This document shows positions 8,419 to 18,486 of a stretch of 64,000 bases of DNA, piece by piece. Each line of letters begins with the position of its first letter. Position 1 is the stretch's first letter. A program made the position numbers and the translations under genes. A model generated the notes under the pieces. That model ran no database searches and had not been told where the DNA came from. It saw only the letters and a list, made by a program, of their open reading frames with translations. This DNA comes from a virus (taxonomy: Duplodnaviria > Heunggongvirae > Uroviricota > Caudoviricetes), in IMG/VR virus record IMGVR_UViG_2513237251_000009; one strand, written 5' to 3'.

Positions 8419-9460
8419 CGCACCAATCTGGGCAATCCAGAGCTTCGAAGGTGCGGCCCCGTTCTTCTGAGTCCAGCGGTTCGAATACACCTCCCCCATG
8501 AGCTCCCACAGCTTCCAGGCCGTTTCCGTTGCTGATAAATCCGTTGTCACGTTCCCACTGTTCGCGTGCAGCCCGGATTTCCTGAACTGCCCGTGATGCC
8601 GTGCCACCTGATGCTGCATGGCTTCCCCCCTTGCTGACTGGTTTTACCTGTGCCCTGACGTGCTGCACGTGGCGGGCAAATTTCTGCTCCCACTGAACCT
8701 GCGTGAAAACCTTCCCCTCCGCCATCCAGTAATCCCGGAATGCGGCAAGCTCAGCAGGTGTAAATTCCGGCTCAGGCAGAGCCATACCCCACACTGCTGC
8801 CCGTTGTCGAAAATCCGGCGACGGCTGCCAGACAGTAGTCATCGAAAATTTCCCGATCGGTTCGCTCAGGCCGTCCAGGTATTCAGGTTCGGCTGTCTGC
8901 AACGGCGCACCATTCGACTCACTGGTCGGAATACTCTCGCGCGCGTTATGTGTGGGGTTTAATTCTGTATCTGTATCTTTATCTGTATCTTTATCTGTCG
9001 TGACTTGTCGTGACAGATGCGTGACACGTCGTGACTCATCGTGACAATCAGCATTATGTTTCCGCAGCTTTTCCCGCTCCCGCTGCGCTCTCTTGCGCTC
9101 TGCCGGGGATTTTGCCGTTTGCGAAACGTTACCATTGTCCTCTTTCAGCACCTGACGTTTTTCCCATCCGGAAATAAGGTCACCATCCAGAACCCGCCCC
9201 TGCATTGCATGCAAAATTGAATCAATTACGTCTTCCGTCACATCAAGCGCACTTGCTAAATCTTCCGTCGTGACATCAATGTGACCACGTAGTGACACGC
9301 CGTGACATGTCGTGACATTTCGTGACGCGCTCACCAGAAGATGGATATACACTGCCATCACTGTTGCGATTGGCTGTCCTGATACCCTGGCAATCGTTCG
9401 CCACTTGGGGTCATTTGGCATGTCATGCCACAATCTGAGCCAGGCATTAGCCATACTCAC
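8411..9460 (-). CDS. Replication initiator (O-like) with embedded origin iterons
   Basis: 349 aa; two clusters of CGTGAC direct repeats inside the ORF. Confidence 0.6.
   Translation of the reverse strand: MSMANAWLRLWHDMPNDPKWRTIARVSGQPIATVMAVYIHLLVSASRNVTTCHGVSLRGHIDVTTEDLASALDVTEDVIDSILHAMQGRVLDGDLISGWEKRQVLKEDNGNVSQTAKSPAERKRAQREREKLRKHNADCHDESRRVTHLSRQVTTDKDTDKDTDTELNPTHNARESIPTSESNGAPLQTAEPEYLDGLSEPIGKFSMTTVWQPSPDFRQRAAVWGMALPEPEFTPAELAAFRDYWMAEGKVFTQVQWEQKFARHVQHVRAQVKPVSKGGSHAASGGTASRAVQEIRAAREQWERDNGFISNGNGLEAVGAHGGGVFEPLDSEERGRTFEALDCPDWCDD
8955..9050. repeat. Iteron-like direct repeats (TATCT units and 5x CGTGAC) inside O-like gene
   Basis: gtcgtgac ttgtcgtgac ...gcgtgac ...gtcgtgac ...atcgtgac. 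Confidence 0.6.
9268..9330. repeat. Second iteron cluster (7x GTGAC)
   Basis: cgtgacatcaatgtgaccacgtagtgacacgccgtgacatgtcgtgacatttcgtgac. Confidence 0.55.
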
Positions 9461-9522
9461 CTCTTCTGATACCGAACTTTACCCTCGAACATCCGGAAGA
9501 AATCCGGCATGAATATTGTTGG

Positions 9523-9948
9523 TCAATGCACGACAACAGCATTACCAGGCTGACCCCCACTGTTAGTCAGGGTGCCCCAGGCGATCGCCGCTGCGACAAA
9601 ATCATCCACATCTTTCACCAGCCGATCCCTCCGTTCGACGATCTCACGGTAATATTCAGAGCTGTGACTGCGCATACGGGCCACCAGCAGAGGCGGCATT
9701 GCCTTTTCGATCGCCGGTAACAGAGCCTGCATTTTTTCAACTGCATCAGGGGTGTCTTTCTCTATCCAGCGGAAAATTTTCTGGGTATTGCGAGCCAGGG
9801 CTTCCGGATGGCTGTCGTCGTACAGTTCAGGAAACGTCATACCCAACTCAAAATAAGCCTGGGTTATTCCAGCTGCCGGAACTTTTTCGCCATCAGGACG
9901 CGCCCAGGCATTCATCGCCATGCGGATGTGTTCATGCTTGATTTTCAT
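9523..9948 (-). CDS. YdaT-like (CII-position) regulator
   Basis: 141 aa MKIKHEHIRMAMNAW...AVVVH; paralog 58804-59229. Confidence 0.6.
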   Translation of the reverse strand: MKIKHEHIRMAMNAWARPDGEKVPAAGITQAYFELGMTFPELYDDSHPEALARNTQKIFRWIEKDTPDAVEKMQALLPAIEKAMPPLLVARMRSHSSEYYREIVERRDRLVKDVDDFVAAAIAWGTLTNSGGQPGNAVVVH

Positions 9949-10171
9949 GAATCCCCCCTTGGTTAGAAGGCGGATTATGATCAGAATCGGGAATGACAAC
10001 CGTCGGTATGTGTAACTCATATTTGAGCGCCCCGGCAGTGACTGCCTGAATTAGCAACGCCCATTTCCACGGAACGTCTTCCCCCCACATGCTGACTGTG
10101 GTTTTTGACGTTCCTAGAGCGGCGGCTGTTTTAACAACTCCGCCAAAATAGCCTAATACTTCTGATTTTTT
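9932..10171 (-). CDS. Cro-like (YdaS-type) HTH protein
   Basis: About 79 aa MKKSEVLGYFGGVVKTAAALGTSKTTVSMW; divergent from the CI-like gene. Confidence 0.55.
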   Translation of the reverse strand, partial: KKSEVLGYFGGVVKTAAALGTSKTTVSMWGEDVPWKWALLIQAVTAGALKYELHIPTVVIPDSDHNPPSNQGGIHENQA

Positions 10172-10265
10172 CATGAGTCGCTCCATAAAACTGAACGCCA
10201 AAAGTTTAATAATCAAAACCAAAGAAAGTCAAGAAACAAAACCATCTGTGTTTTAAAATCAAAAC
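10172..10265. promoter_or_regulatory. Divergent operator/promoter region of the cro-cI switch
   Basis: AT-rich 94-bp spacer with repeated TTAATAATCAAAAC / TTTAAAATCAAAAC motifs. Confidence 0.45.
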
Positions 10266-10904
10266 ATGAACAAGCAAACAATATCTGAACGCATAACCCA
10301 ACGTATGCATGCGCTAAACTTGAAAGGCAAAGACCTTGTCAATGCCACTGGCGCATCAAAAGGCTCCGTAAGTCAATGGATGAACGGTGGAGGAGCGCCG
10401 TCCTCGCGTTACATAAGTTCACTGGCAAAGATATTGAAAGTAAACGAAAATTGGCTTCTTAATGGAGGAGAGTTAAATACAGGTGATTCGCTTGATCTAT
10501 CTTTACCGCCGATAAAAACGGTTCCGCTACTATCACTTCAGCAGGCAGCAAGCTGGAGTGATTATATGAAAAATTCCTCAATAACCTCTTGTGTGCAGCT
10601 TGTCGGAGAAATCCCGGCCAATACCTTTGCTGTTGTTCTAGAGAGTGACAGTATGTCGACATCTGGTGGTGGAGTTTCCATCCCAAATGGTTCAACAGTT
10701 TTTGTTGATCCCGATCGAATCGTACAACCAGGAAATATTGTCCTTGCCTTACCCAAAGGGACCACAACGCCTGTCATTCGCAAACTGGAGATAGAAGGGC
10801 CGGATATTCTTTTAGTCCCCACGAATCCTCGCTACCCTTCAATTATGCTGGATGATCTATCTTGCATATTGGGAGTATGCTTTAAAATTCAACAAGATAT
10901 TTAA
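10266..10904 (+). CDS. CI-like repressor (XRE HTH plus S24 LexA-type peptidase domain)
   Basis: 212 aa; N-terminal HTH LKGKDLVNATGASKGSVSQWMNG; C-terminal S24-like ..SDSMS...NGSTVFVDP...K. Confidence 0.75.
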   Translation: MNKQTISERITQRMHALNLKGKDLVNATGASKGSVSQWMNGGGAPSSRYISSLAKILKVNENWLLNGGELNTGDSLDLSLPPIKTVPLLSLQQAASWSDYMKNSSITSCVQLVGEIPANTFAVVLESDSMSTSGGGVSIPNGSTVFVDPDRIVQPGNIVLALPKGTTTPVIRKLEIEGPDILLVPTNPRYPSIMLDDLSCILGVCFKIQQDI

Positions 10905-11196
10905 CCAACCTCATCTATTTGATTAACTGTATGCCATCGTAGTGATGGCGTAACAGCTGCCTGCTTAAAATGTTTTGATAAAAAAACATTGACCTTAAAT
11001 GTTCGTTTTTCTAAACTTCATTCATTCCCTCACCCCGCCCCACAGAATGCAGGGCAATACTTCGAGTTACCAGGCAGTGGTCAGGGGTTAAGTAGCCAGC
11101 CCGAGGCGTAAGAACATGACGGCAGGGTTCAACTTTAATAACTATGCAGCAGGTTTTTGTTCCGCTACCCCGGCGTTAAGGGGAAATGAGGTCAAC

Positions 11197-11349
11197 ATGG
11201 ATACGCTCAATCTTGGCAACAACGAATCTCTGGTATGTGGCGTGTTCCCCAACCAGGACGGTACGTTCACCGCGATGACGTATACCAAAAGCAAAACGTT
11301 TAAAACTGAAGCTGGCGCGCGTCGCTGGTTAGCCAGAAACACTGACTGA
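11197..11349 (+). CDS. ydfA: YdfA-like (DUF1391) small protein
   Basis: 50 aa MDTLNLGNNESLVCGVFPNQDGTFTAMTYTKSKTFKTEAGARRWLARNTD. Confidence 0.6.
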   Translation: MDTLNLGNNESLVCGVFPNQDGTFTAMTYTKSKTFKTEAGARRWLARNTD

Positions 11350-11360
11350 TGAGGTTGACG

Positions 11361-11999
11361 ATGGAATTTAAAGATTTACCTCCTTCAATCCAGGAGATTG
11401 CAGCACACACACTTCGTCATCGTCTGAACGAACTTGAATTGGAATCGGTAACGAAAAAAGACACTGATAATATGGCTCGTAATGTGCGCGATGCGTTTAC
11501 CGGATTGTATTTCTGTGCGTCTATAAATAAACACGACTCAGAGAGTGTGGCAAATAAAATTGCAGAAACGACAGCGCAAAACATCAATACGAAACCAACG
11601 GAAGAAGAAATTGATCAGTTTGCTCATGATGCTGGTTTAAAAAACAAGAAAGAAAAATCGCCATATGCGGGGAACATGTTTGTTTATGACAATCTCATCA
11701 GAATTCGTGGCGAAATTCCGGCGGAATACCTGGCAAGAGTCCATCAGGCATTGCTTAAAAATTTGGAAACAGAATTATTTGATGGCAACACTAACGGTTT
11801 CTTCATGGTATCAGGCCTTGAGAAAGACTGGGATGCAGAAAAACGCTGGAATGTTGCTACATGGTTATTCAGTAACAGAGCCGCTGCACTGGAAGCTTCG
11901 GCATGTATTTGCGGCCTGTTCTTAACAGACCACAAATATAATCTGGATGTGTACAGTTATATTTACGCTGAACACGGTCCACTCTGGATTGACTGGTAA
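11361..11999 (+). CDS. Hypothetical 212-aa protein, no recognised family
   Basis: ATG with GAGG RBS next to the ydfA stop; occupies the ydfB/ydfC slot. Confidence 0.5.
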   Translation: MEFKDLPPSIQEIAAHTLRHRLNELELESVTKKDTDNMARNVRDAFTGLYFCASINKHDSESVANKIAETTAQNINTKPTEEEIDQFAHDAGLKNKKEKSPYAGNMFVYDNLIRIRGEIPAEYLARVHQALLKNLETELFDGNTNGFFMVSGLEKDWDAEKRWNVATWLFSNRAAALEASACICGLFLTDHKYNLDVYSYIYAEHGPLWIDW

Positions 12000-12209
12000 T
12001 TATAAGGAAACACCAGCAGGGCCGCGGCGACCAACAGAACGATTAAAATCAATAATGCCATTATAAAGGACATTATTTAATTTATCGTCGAATGCTGATT
12101 CTGTGAGCCTCAACTCTGAATGAGTTTTTAATAACCCTGATTGCCTGAGTTGATTTACCAGGCATTCAATCTGTTTTTCAATAAGCGGATTTCTTTTTTT
12201 GTTTGGCAT
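12000..12209 (-). CDS. Hypothetical 69-aa protein, convergent with the 212-aa gene
   Basis: ATG 12209 preceded by GGAGG RBS; MPNKKRNPLIEKQIECLVNQLRQSGLL... Confidence 0.45.
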   Translation of the reverse strand: MPNKKRNPLIEKQIECLVNQLRQSGLLKTHSELRLTESAFDDKLNNVLYNGIIDFNRSVGRRGPAGVSL

Positions 12210-12546
12210 TTTATCCTCCATTGAGGTTCTGGGTTAAAAATGGAGACCAACACGCTGTCACGTGTGGTCGTGCGCCGGACACGGATAAGAATCCGGTACT
12301 GACAGTTTACTGAAAGGATATTTCCCTGAAAAGTCAGTGCATAACGCGAAAGCGTACGGCGAAGCTCTTTCCCTTAGAAGGCTTGTCGTTAGATTTCTTC
12401 GAACGTGCGCTTCCGGTTGTGGCACTCCGCGAAATGGCGCGGCGGTAAGTATGGCGGGGTTATTCCTTCCCCATTGAGGACACCGGGTTGTCAGGTTGAC
12501 CATACGCTTAAGTGACAACCCCGCTGCAACGCCCTCTGTTATCAAT

Positions 12547-12605
12547 TTTCTGGTGACGTTTGGCGGTATCAGTTTTACTCCGTGGCTGCTCTGCCGCCCT
12601 TTTTA
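12547..12605 (+). ncRNA. dicF: DicF small RNA (variant copy)
   Basis: TTTCTGGTGACGTTTGGCGGTATCAGTTTTACTCCGTGGCTGCTCTGCCGCCCTTTTT; one A-to-G difference from copy at 61773. Confidence 0.85.
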
Positions 12606-12773
12606 AAGTGAATTTTGTGATGCGGTGAATGCGGCTAAGCGCACGCGGAACAGTTAAAACCAAAAACAGTGTTATGGGTGGATTCTCTGTATCCGGCGTT
12701 AATTGTTAACTGGTTAACGTCACCTGGAGGCACCAGGCACTGCATCACAAAATTCATTGTTGAGGACGCGATA

Positions 12774-12962
12774 ATGGAAACGTTATTACCAAACGTTAAT
12801 ACGTCTGAAGGTTGTTTTGATATTGGTGTTCTGCTCAGTAACCGGGAGTTTACTGAAGATGCCATTAACATGAGGAAATATGAGCCTTATCTGCTCAATG
12901 ATAATTCCATACTTTCCCGAATTGCTCTTCTTGAACTTGGTATTTTCGGAGAACGTCAATGA
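12774..12962 (+). CDS. dicB: Cell-division inhibitor DicB
   Basis: 62 aa METLLPNVNTSEGCFDIGVLLSN... Confidence 0.8.
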   Translation: METLLPNVNTSEGCFDIGVLLSNREFTEDAINMRKYEPYLLNDNSILSRIALLELGIFGERQ

Positions 12963-13147
12963 CTTCAGCATTTGCACTGATGATGACGGTTTTTCTTATA
13001 ACGGGTGAATCACAGAATGTGATTACCGGAATTTATGCCAGTAAAGAATCCTGCCTCCAGGCAAGAGACGAGCAAAAAATTTCTGGTGAATGCCTCCCGG
13101 TAAAAAAAGTATCGCTGTACCTGAATAACGAAACACCGGCTGGATAA
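12959..13147 (+). CDS. ydfD: YdfD-like small membrane protein
   Basis: 62 aa MTSAFALMMTVFLITGESQNV...; ATGA overlap with dicB stop. Confidence 0.65.
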   Translation: MTSAFALMMTVFLITGESQNVITGIYASKESCLQARDEQKISGECLPVKKVSLYLNNETPAG

Positions 13148-13239
13148 CCCTCCAGCCATATTAACACCATACCAACGGATTAAAAATGCCAGCAATGGCA
13201 GGGATTTGTTCACCCTTAAATCTGTAATGAGGTTTATCA

Positions 13240-14484
13240 ATGAGCACTGATAAAGAAGAATTTGCGCTATATTGCGAAGCAAAAAATGACAAAGTCAGAA
13301 AACGTCTGGGAATTAAAGGTGGTTTTTACTGGACTACAGCAAAAAAATTATCTGTTGCCATCTCCCGCTGCATTACCGCAATGGATGACAACGATTATGA
13401 TGAAGACGACTTTAAAAAACCCGTTCGCGTCCATTTACCCGTTGTGAATGACCTTCCACCTGAAGGCGTGTTTGATACCGAATTCTGCAACCGATACGAA
13501 AAAGGCGGGGAAGATGGCATTACAATGGTATTTATCGCGCCCTCTCCCTCCGTGCAGGAGAAACCAGCCAGTACTGACAATACCAACGTCAACGGCGAAG
13601 ACATGACGGAGATTGAGGAGAATATGCTCCTGCCGGTTTCTGGTCAGGAGCTGCCCATTCGCTGGCTTGCGCAACACGGCAGCGAAAAACCAGTAACGCA
13701 CGTTGCACGGGAAGAACTTCAGGCATTACATATAGCACGGGCGGAAGAACTGCCGGCTGTTACTGCCTTGGCCATTTCTCACAAAACAAAGCTGCTCGAC
13801 CCGCTGGAGATTCGCGACCTTCACAAACTGGTACGCGACACTGACAAAGTTTTCCCTAATCCCGGTAATTCAGACCTGGGACTGATAACTGCTTTTTTCG
13901 AGGCATACCTGGACGCTGACTACACTGATCGGGGTCTGCTGACAAAAGAGTGGATGAAAGGAAATCGTGTTTCGCGTATCACCCGTACGGCTTCCGGTGC
14001 AAATGCCGGTGGCGGGAACAAAACCGATCGCAATCCGAATTTAGTACACACCTTCGATACGCTGGATGTGGAGATTGCAGCAGCCACACTTCCGATGGAT
14101 TTTAATATTTATGAAATTCCGGGCAGCGTTTATCGTCGCGCAAAAGAAATCGTCCTGAAAAGAGAAAGTCCGTTCAAAGAATGGTCCGCAGCACTTCGCG
14201 CAACCCCGGGTATTCTGGACTATTCCCGCGCCGCTATTTTTGCACTTATCCGGAGCGCTCACCCTGAGTTTTATCACTACCCGGGACGCCTTCAGGGGTA
14301 TATCAACGCCTACTTAACGGAGACTGATCACGAGAACCCCAGCAAGGAAACTCTCACTGCTGCACGACATACACCGGAAAAAGATATCCTGGAAGAAGTT
14401 AACCGCGAACTGTCTGCTAAGCAGGAAACAGAAGAAGAAAATGATGAAGAAAAACCGCAACCATCTTGCGCAATGGCAGAATGA
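13240..14484 (+). CDS. Hypothetical 414-aa acidic protein (ydfE position)
   Basis: Long ORF whose 3' end overlaps the truncated integrase frame. Confidence 0.5.
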   Translation: MSTDKEEFALYCEAKNDKVRKRLGIKGGFYWTTAKKLSVAISRCITAMDDNDYDEDDFKKPVRVHLPVVNDLPPEGVFDTEFCNRYEKGGEDGITMVFIAPSPSVQEKPASTDNTNVNGEDMTEIEENMLLPVSGQELPIRWLAQHGSEKPVTHVAREELQALHIARAEELPAVTALAISHKTKLLDPLEIRDLHKLVRDTDKVFPNPGNSDLGLITAFFEAYLDADYTDRGLLTKEWMKGNRVSRITRTASGANAGGGNKTDRNPNLVHTFDTLDVEIAAATLPMDFNIYEIPGSVYRRAKEIVLKRESPFKEWSAALRATPGILDYSRAAIFALIRSAHPEFYHYPGRLQGYINAYLTETDHENPSKETLTAARHTPEKDILEEVNRELSAKQETEEENDEEKPQPSCAMAE

Positions 14485-15017
14485 TAATCAGAAGAAATCT
14501 GGCAAAAGACCGTTTTACAGTACCAAAAACACAGGCGGGAACCAATCGTGTGATTCACCTTATTAAGCCCGCAATCGACGCTCTCCGGAGTCAGATGGCA
14601 CTAACGAGACTGAGCAAAGAGCATATCATCGATGTTCACCTCAGAGAATTCGGCAGAACAGAGAAACAAAAATGTACCTTTGTTTTTCAACCTGAAGTGT
14701 CAGCGAAAGTAAAAAATTATGGCGACCATTTTACCGTTGACTCAATAAGGCAGATGTGGGACGCAGCGGTAAAGCGTGCCGGAATCCGCCATCGCAAATC
14801 GTATCAGTCGAGACACACTTATGCCTGCTGGTCGTTAACAGCAGGAGCTAACCCGGCATTCATTGCAAACCAGATGGGCCATGCAGATGCGCAAATGGTG
14901 TTTCAGGTGTACGGGAAATGGATGTCAGAAAATAATAATGCGCAGGTAACGCTGTTAAATACACAGTTAAGCGAGTTTGCCCCAACCATGCCCCATAACG
15001 AAGCGATGAAAAGTTAA
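14466..15017 (+). pseudogene. Phage tyrosine integrase, 5'-truncated remnant (C-terminal catalytic domain only)
   Basis: Only about 180 codons; catalytic-region motifs HRKSYQSRHTYA...GHADAQMVFQVYGKWM; no N-terminal domain. Confidence 0.7.
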
Positions 15018-15379
15018 TTTTTTATTTATCAATTAGTTAGATTGAATGACTCTTGAAATCCATAATTCATAGATGTTTTTTACTATTCTGTGGGTTTTTG
15101 GGTGTTTTCTAAGTTTTTTCAGATGGTTGTATTTTTTCTAAAAATCCCTAATCTCGATTTTGCTGTTTATTTGAGGCCTTTTTATGTCCCATATATGCCC
15201 CACAGATACCCCGCAGCCAAAATCAACAAAATGCCAAAAGGTTCTGTTCCTGCCCTGCAACAAGAAATGCTGCGACGTGTCAGTAAACGTTATGACGATG
15301 TAGAAGTGATCATCAAATCCACCAGCAACGATGGCCTTGAACCGCCCCGGTTTTCCTGGAGAGTGTTTTATCTGTGAAC

Positions 15380-16270
15380 TCAGGCTGCCAGATCATCGTT
15401 TCCGATGGAAGCATAATAAGCTTTTTCTGCTTCTGCCGGAGGAGTATGGCCCAGCCTTCCCAGCAATCGTCGATTGTTATACCAGTCCACCCACGTTAGT
15501 GTGGCCAGTTCCACTTCTGCACGGTTTTTCCAGCTCTTACGGTGTATTACCTCCGCTTTGTAAAGACCATTGATGCTCTCAGCCATCGCGTTGTCATACG
15601 AGTCGCCTGTACTCCCTGTTGATGCCAGTAATCCGGCTTCTTTTAGTCGCTCCGTATAGGCCAGTGACACATACTGAGAGCCTTTATCGCTGTGATGGAT
15701 GGTGCCAGACGGACGACGGGCCCACAACGCCTGCTCCAGCGCATCCAGCACGAATGTCGTTTCCATAGACGATGAGACCCGCCACCCCACGATGTATCCG
15801 GCAAACACATCAATGATAAACGCCACATAGACGAAGCCCTGCCATGTGCTGACGTAAGTAAAATCAGCCACCCACAGCTGGTCAGGTCGTTCTGCCACGA
15901 ACTGACGGTTTACGCGGTCGCCTGCGGCAACGGCTTTCCGGCTGATGGTCGTACGGACCTTTTTACCCCGGAGAACACCGGCAAGTCCCATAACCGCCAT
16001 GAGACGTGCCACTGTACATCTGGCCACCCTGATTCCTTCCCGTAACAACTGACGCCAGACTTTACGCACACCGTACACCTGATGATTTTCATCGTATACG
16101 CGCTGTATCTCTCTCTTCAGCCAGTCGTCGTGCTGCGCACGGGCACTGCGTTTATCCGGATGATGTCGCTGTTGCTGACAATGGTAATACGTTGACGGGG
16201 CAATATGCAGTTCGCTGCATACCGGTCCGACCCCGTACTGCTCACGCAGCTTATCCAGCAGTGGCATCAT
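15380..16270 (-). CDS. IS629 transposase OrfB
   Basis: 296 aa IS3-family DDE integrase-core protein. Confidence 0.85.
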   Translation of the reverse strand: MMPLLDKLREQYGVGPVCSELHIAPSTYYHCQQQRHHPDKRSARAQHDDWLKREIQRVYDENHQVYGVRKVWRQLLREGIRVARCTVARLMAVMGLAGVLRGKKVRTTISRKAVAAGDRVNRQFVAERPDQLWVADFTYVSTWQGFVYVAFIIDVFAGYIVGWRVSSSMETTFVLDALEQALWARRPSGTIHHSDKGSQYVSLAYTERLKEAGLLASTGSTGDSYDNAMAESINGLYKAEVIHRKSWKNRAEVELATLTWVDWYNNRRLLGRLGHTPPAEAEKAYYASIGNDDLAA

Positions 16271-16593
16271 TTTTTCCAGAGGCGGTCGAACTCCGCCTTC
16301 GCAAAATAAGCGGAAGCCTGGCGAAGGATATCGTTACTGCGGCGCAGTTCACGATTTTCACGTTCCAGCTCTTTCAGACGCTGACGTTCAGCGCTGGTGA
16401 GCCCACCATCACCGCCCCCGGTATCCCGCTCATGCTGGCGAACCCAGACACGCAGAGTCTCCGGCGTACAGCCAATCTTTGGGGCAATGGAACAAATTGC
16501 CGCCCACTGTGAGTCATATTCATCCTGACTTTCCAGAACCATACGAATCGCCCGCTGACGGACTTCGGGGGAAAAACGAGTATTTTTAGTCAT
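16267..16593 (-). CDS. IS629 transposase OrfA
   Basis: 108 aa HTH/leucine-zipper OrfA; overlaps orfB as expected for IS3-family frameshifting. Confidence 0.85.
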   Translation of the reverse strand: MTKNTRFSPEVRQRAIRMVLESQDEYDSQWAAICSIAPKIGCTPETLRVWVRQHERDTGGGDGGLTSAERQRLKELERENRELRRSNDILRQASAYFAKAEFDRLWKK

Positions 16594-17691
16594 CCTGTTT
16601 ACCTCTTTCTCAGGGAGTTTAGTCTCCAGGATTTCCGGGGCGGTTCACCTTTCAGTTACTCGCACCGCCGATAAAGATTCTGCAAAAACTTTTGTTCAGG
16701 AGACGCTGAAAGATACCTGGGAGTCTGCTGACGAGTGGTTTGTTCGCTAATTAACGAGTAAAATCGACCCTGTACACGATTCTGTGTAAATGCCTTTTCT
16801 CAGAAGTGACCGTCCAGGCGGTCACCGAACTCGATAATAAAGCGGCTCATTGCCATACGCCAGTCCCGCAGTGGCATCGTCCATTTCTGTGAAGCCGCCT
16901 GGATTGCCAGCCACACGACCTTTTTCACTGAGTCATCCGTCGGGAACACCTTGCGTTTTTTGATGGCATGCCGGATTACGCTGTTCAGCGACTCGATGGC
17001 GTTGGTTGTGTAGATGACTTTGCGGATATCTGCCGGGTAAGCGAAGAACATCGCCAGGTTGGTCCAGTTTGCCTGCCAGCTCCGGCTTATCTGCGGGTAG
17101 CGACTGTCCCAGGCGCTGGCGAACGCTTCCAGCGCCTGCTGGCCTGCTTCTTCTGTGGGGGCCTGGTAGATGGCTTTCAGGTCGCGGGTGACGGCTTTGT
17201 AGTCCTTCCAGGAAACGAACCGCAGGCTGTTGCGCACCATATGCACGATGCACAGCTGGATGCGGGCTTCCGGATACACCGTGTTGATAGCGTCCGGGAA
17301 GCCTTTCAGCCCGTCGACACAGGCTATGAGAATATCGTTCAGGCCGCGGTTTTTTAGTTCAGTCAGCACATTGAGCCAGAACTTCGCTCCCTCGTTTTCG
17401 GCCAGCCACATACCCAGTAACTCTTTCTGGCCTTCGATATTGATACCCAGTGCGAGGAATACGGATTTATTGATTACGCGACTGTCCTGCCGAACCTTCA
17501 GGACAATACAGTCAAGATAAACAATGGGATAGACCGCATCCAGTGGCCGGTTTTGCCATTCGACTACCTGCTCCATAACGGCATCGGTGACCTTCGATAC
17601 CAGCGCCGGTGAGACATCAGGTAAGCGTACAGCCTGAACCGTCTGGTCAGAATCTGACGAATTAGACAAAGTGGTGTCCACCAAATAAGTA

Positions 17692-18093
17692 GTGGGAACC
17701 AAAGTATCAGATATGCAGAAAAATGTGACTCCCGGCAGGCGAAAAGGCTGCCCTAATTATCCTCCCGAATTTAAACAGCAGCTCGTTGCTGCCTCCTGTG
17801 AACCCGGGATATCCATCTCAAAACTTGCTCTTGAAAATGGCATTAACGCAAATCTGTTGTTCAAATGGCGACAACAATGGCGCGAGGGAAAGCTGCTATT
17901 ACCTTCTTCAGAGAGCCCCCAGCTACTTCCTGTGACTCTCGATGCAGCTGCCGAACAGCCAGAATCGCTCGCAGAGGACCCGGAAACCCTCAGTATCAGC
18001 TGTGAGGTAACGTTCCGGCACGGGACGCTCCGCTTCAATGGCAATGTCAGCGAAAAGCTCCTGACTCTGCTGATACAGGAACTGAAGCGATGA
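17692..18093 (+). CDS. IS66-family TnpA (orf1)
   Basis: 133 aa ORF. Confidence 0.7.
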   Translation: MGTKVSDMQKNVTPGRRKGCPNYPPEFKQQLVAASCEPGISISKLALENGINANLLFKWRQQWREGKLLLPSSESPQLLPVTLDAAAEQPESLAEDPETLSISCEVTFRHGTLRFNGNVSEKLLTLLIQELKR

Positions 18094-18437
18094 TCCCGTT
18101 ACCTTCCGGGACCAAAATTTGGCTGGTTGCCGGTATCACCGATATGAGAAATGGCTTCAACGGCCTGGCTGCGAAAGTACAAACGGCGCTGAAAGACGAT
18201 CCCATGTCCGGCCATGTTTTCATTTTCCGGGGCCGCAGCGGCAGTCAGGTTAAACTGCTGTGGTCCACCGGTGACGGACTGTGCCTCCTGACCAAACGGC
18301 TGGAGCGTGGGCGCTTCGCCTGGCCGTCAGCCCGTGATGGCAAAGTGTTCCTTACGCAGGCGCAGCTGGCGATGCTGCTGGAAGGTATCGACTGGCGACA
18401 GCCTAAGCGGCTGCTGACCTCCCTGACCATGCTGTAA
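18090..18437 (+). CDS. IS66-family TnpB (orf2)
   Basis: 115 aa ORF overlapping tnpA stop. Confidence 0.75.
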   Translation: MIPLPSGTKIWLVAGITDMRNGFNGLAAKVQTALKDDPMSGHVFIFRGRSGSQVKLLWSTGDGLCLLTKRLERGRFAWPSARDGKVFLTQAQLAMLLEGIDWRQPKRLLTSLTML

Positions 18438-18486
18438 ATCTCTTTATCCTGGTTGTCACAGAATAAGCCCGGTAAAATACGGGCTT

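Larger units (their letters stand above)
1..15100. mobile_element. Lambdoid prophage A, partial (late-regulatory plus early/immunity region; late structural genes lie before window start)
   Basis: Gene order TerB/tRNAs/Q/RusA/YdfU/hok/O-P/cro/cI/dic operon/int remnant; blocks paralogous to prophage B. Confidence 0.7.
15338..16647 (-). mobile_element. IS629 (IS3 family), complete, 1310 bp
   Basis: Terminal TGAACCGCCCCGG inverted repeats; 3-bp direct duplication CCT at 15335-15337 and 16648-16650. Confidence 0.9.
15229..16749 (+). pseudogene. Small ORF interrupted by IS629
   Basis: Reading frame [17 protein letters not shown]...STSNDG continues in frame after IS629 once the CCT duplication is removed. 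Confidence 0.5.
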
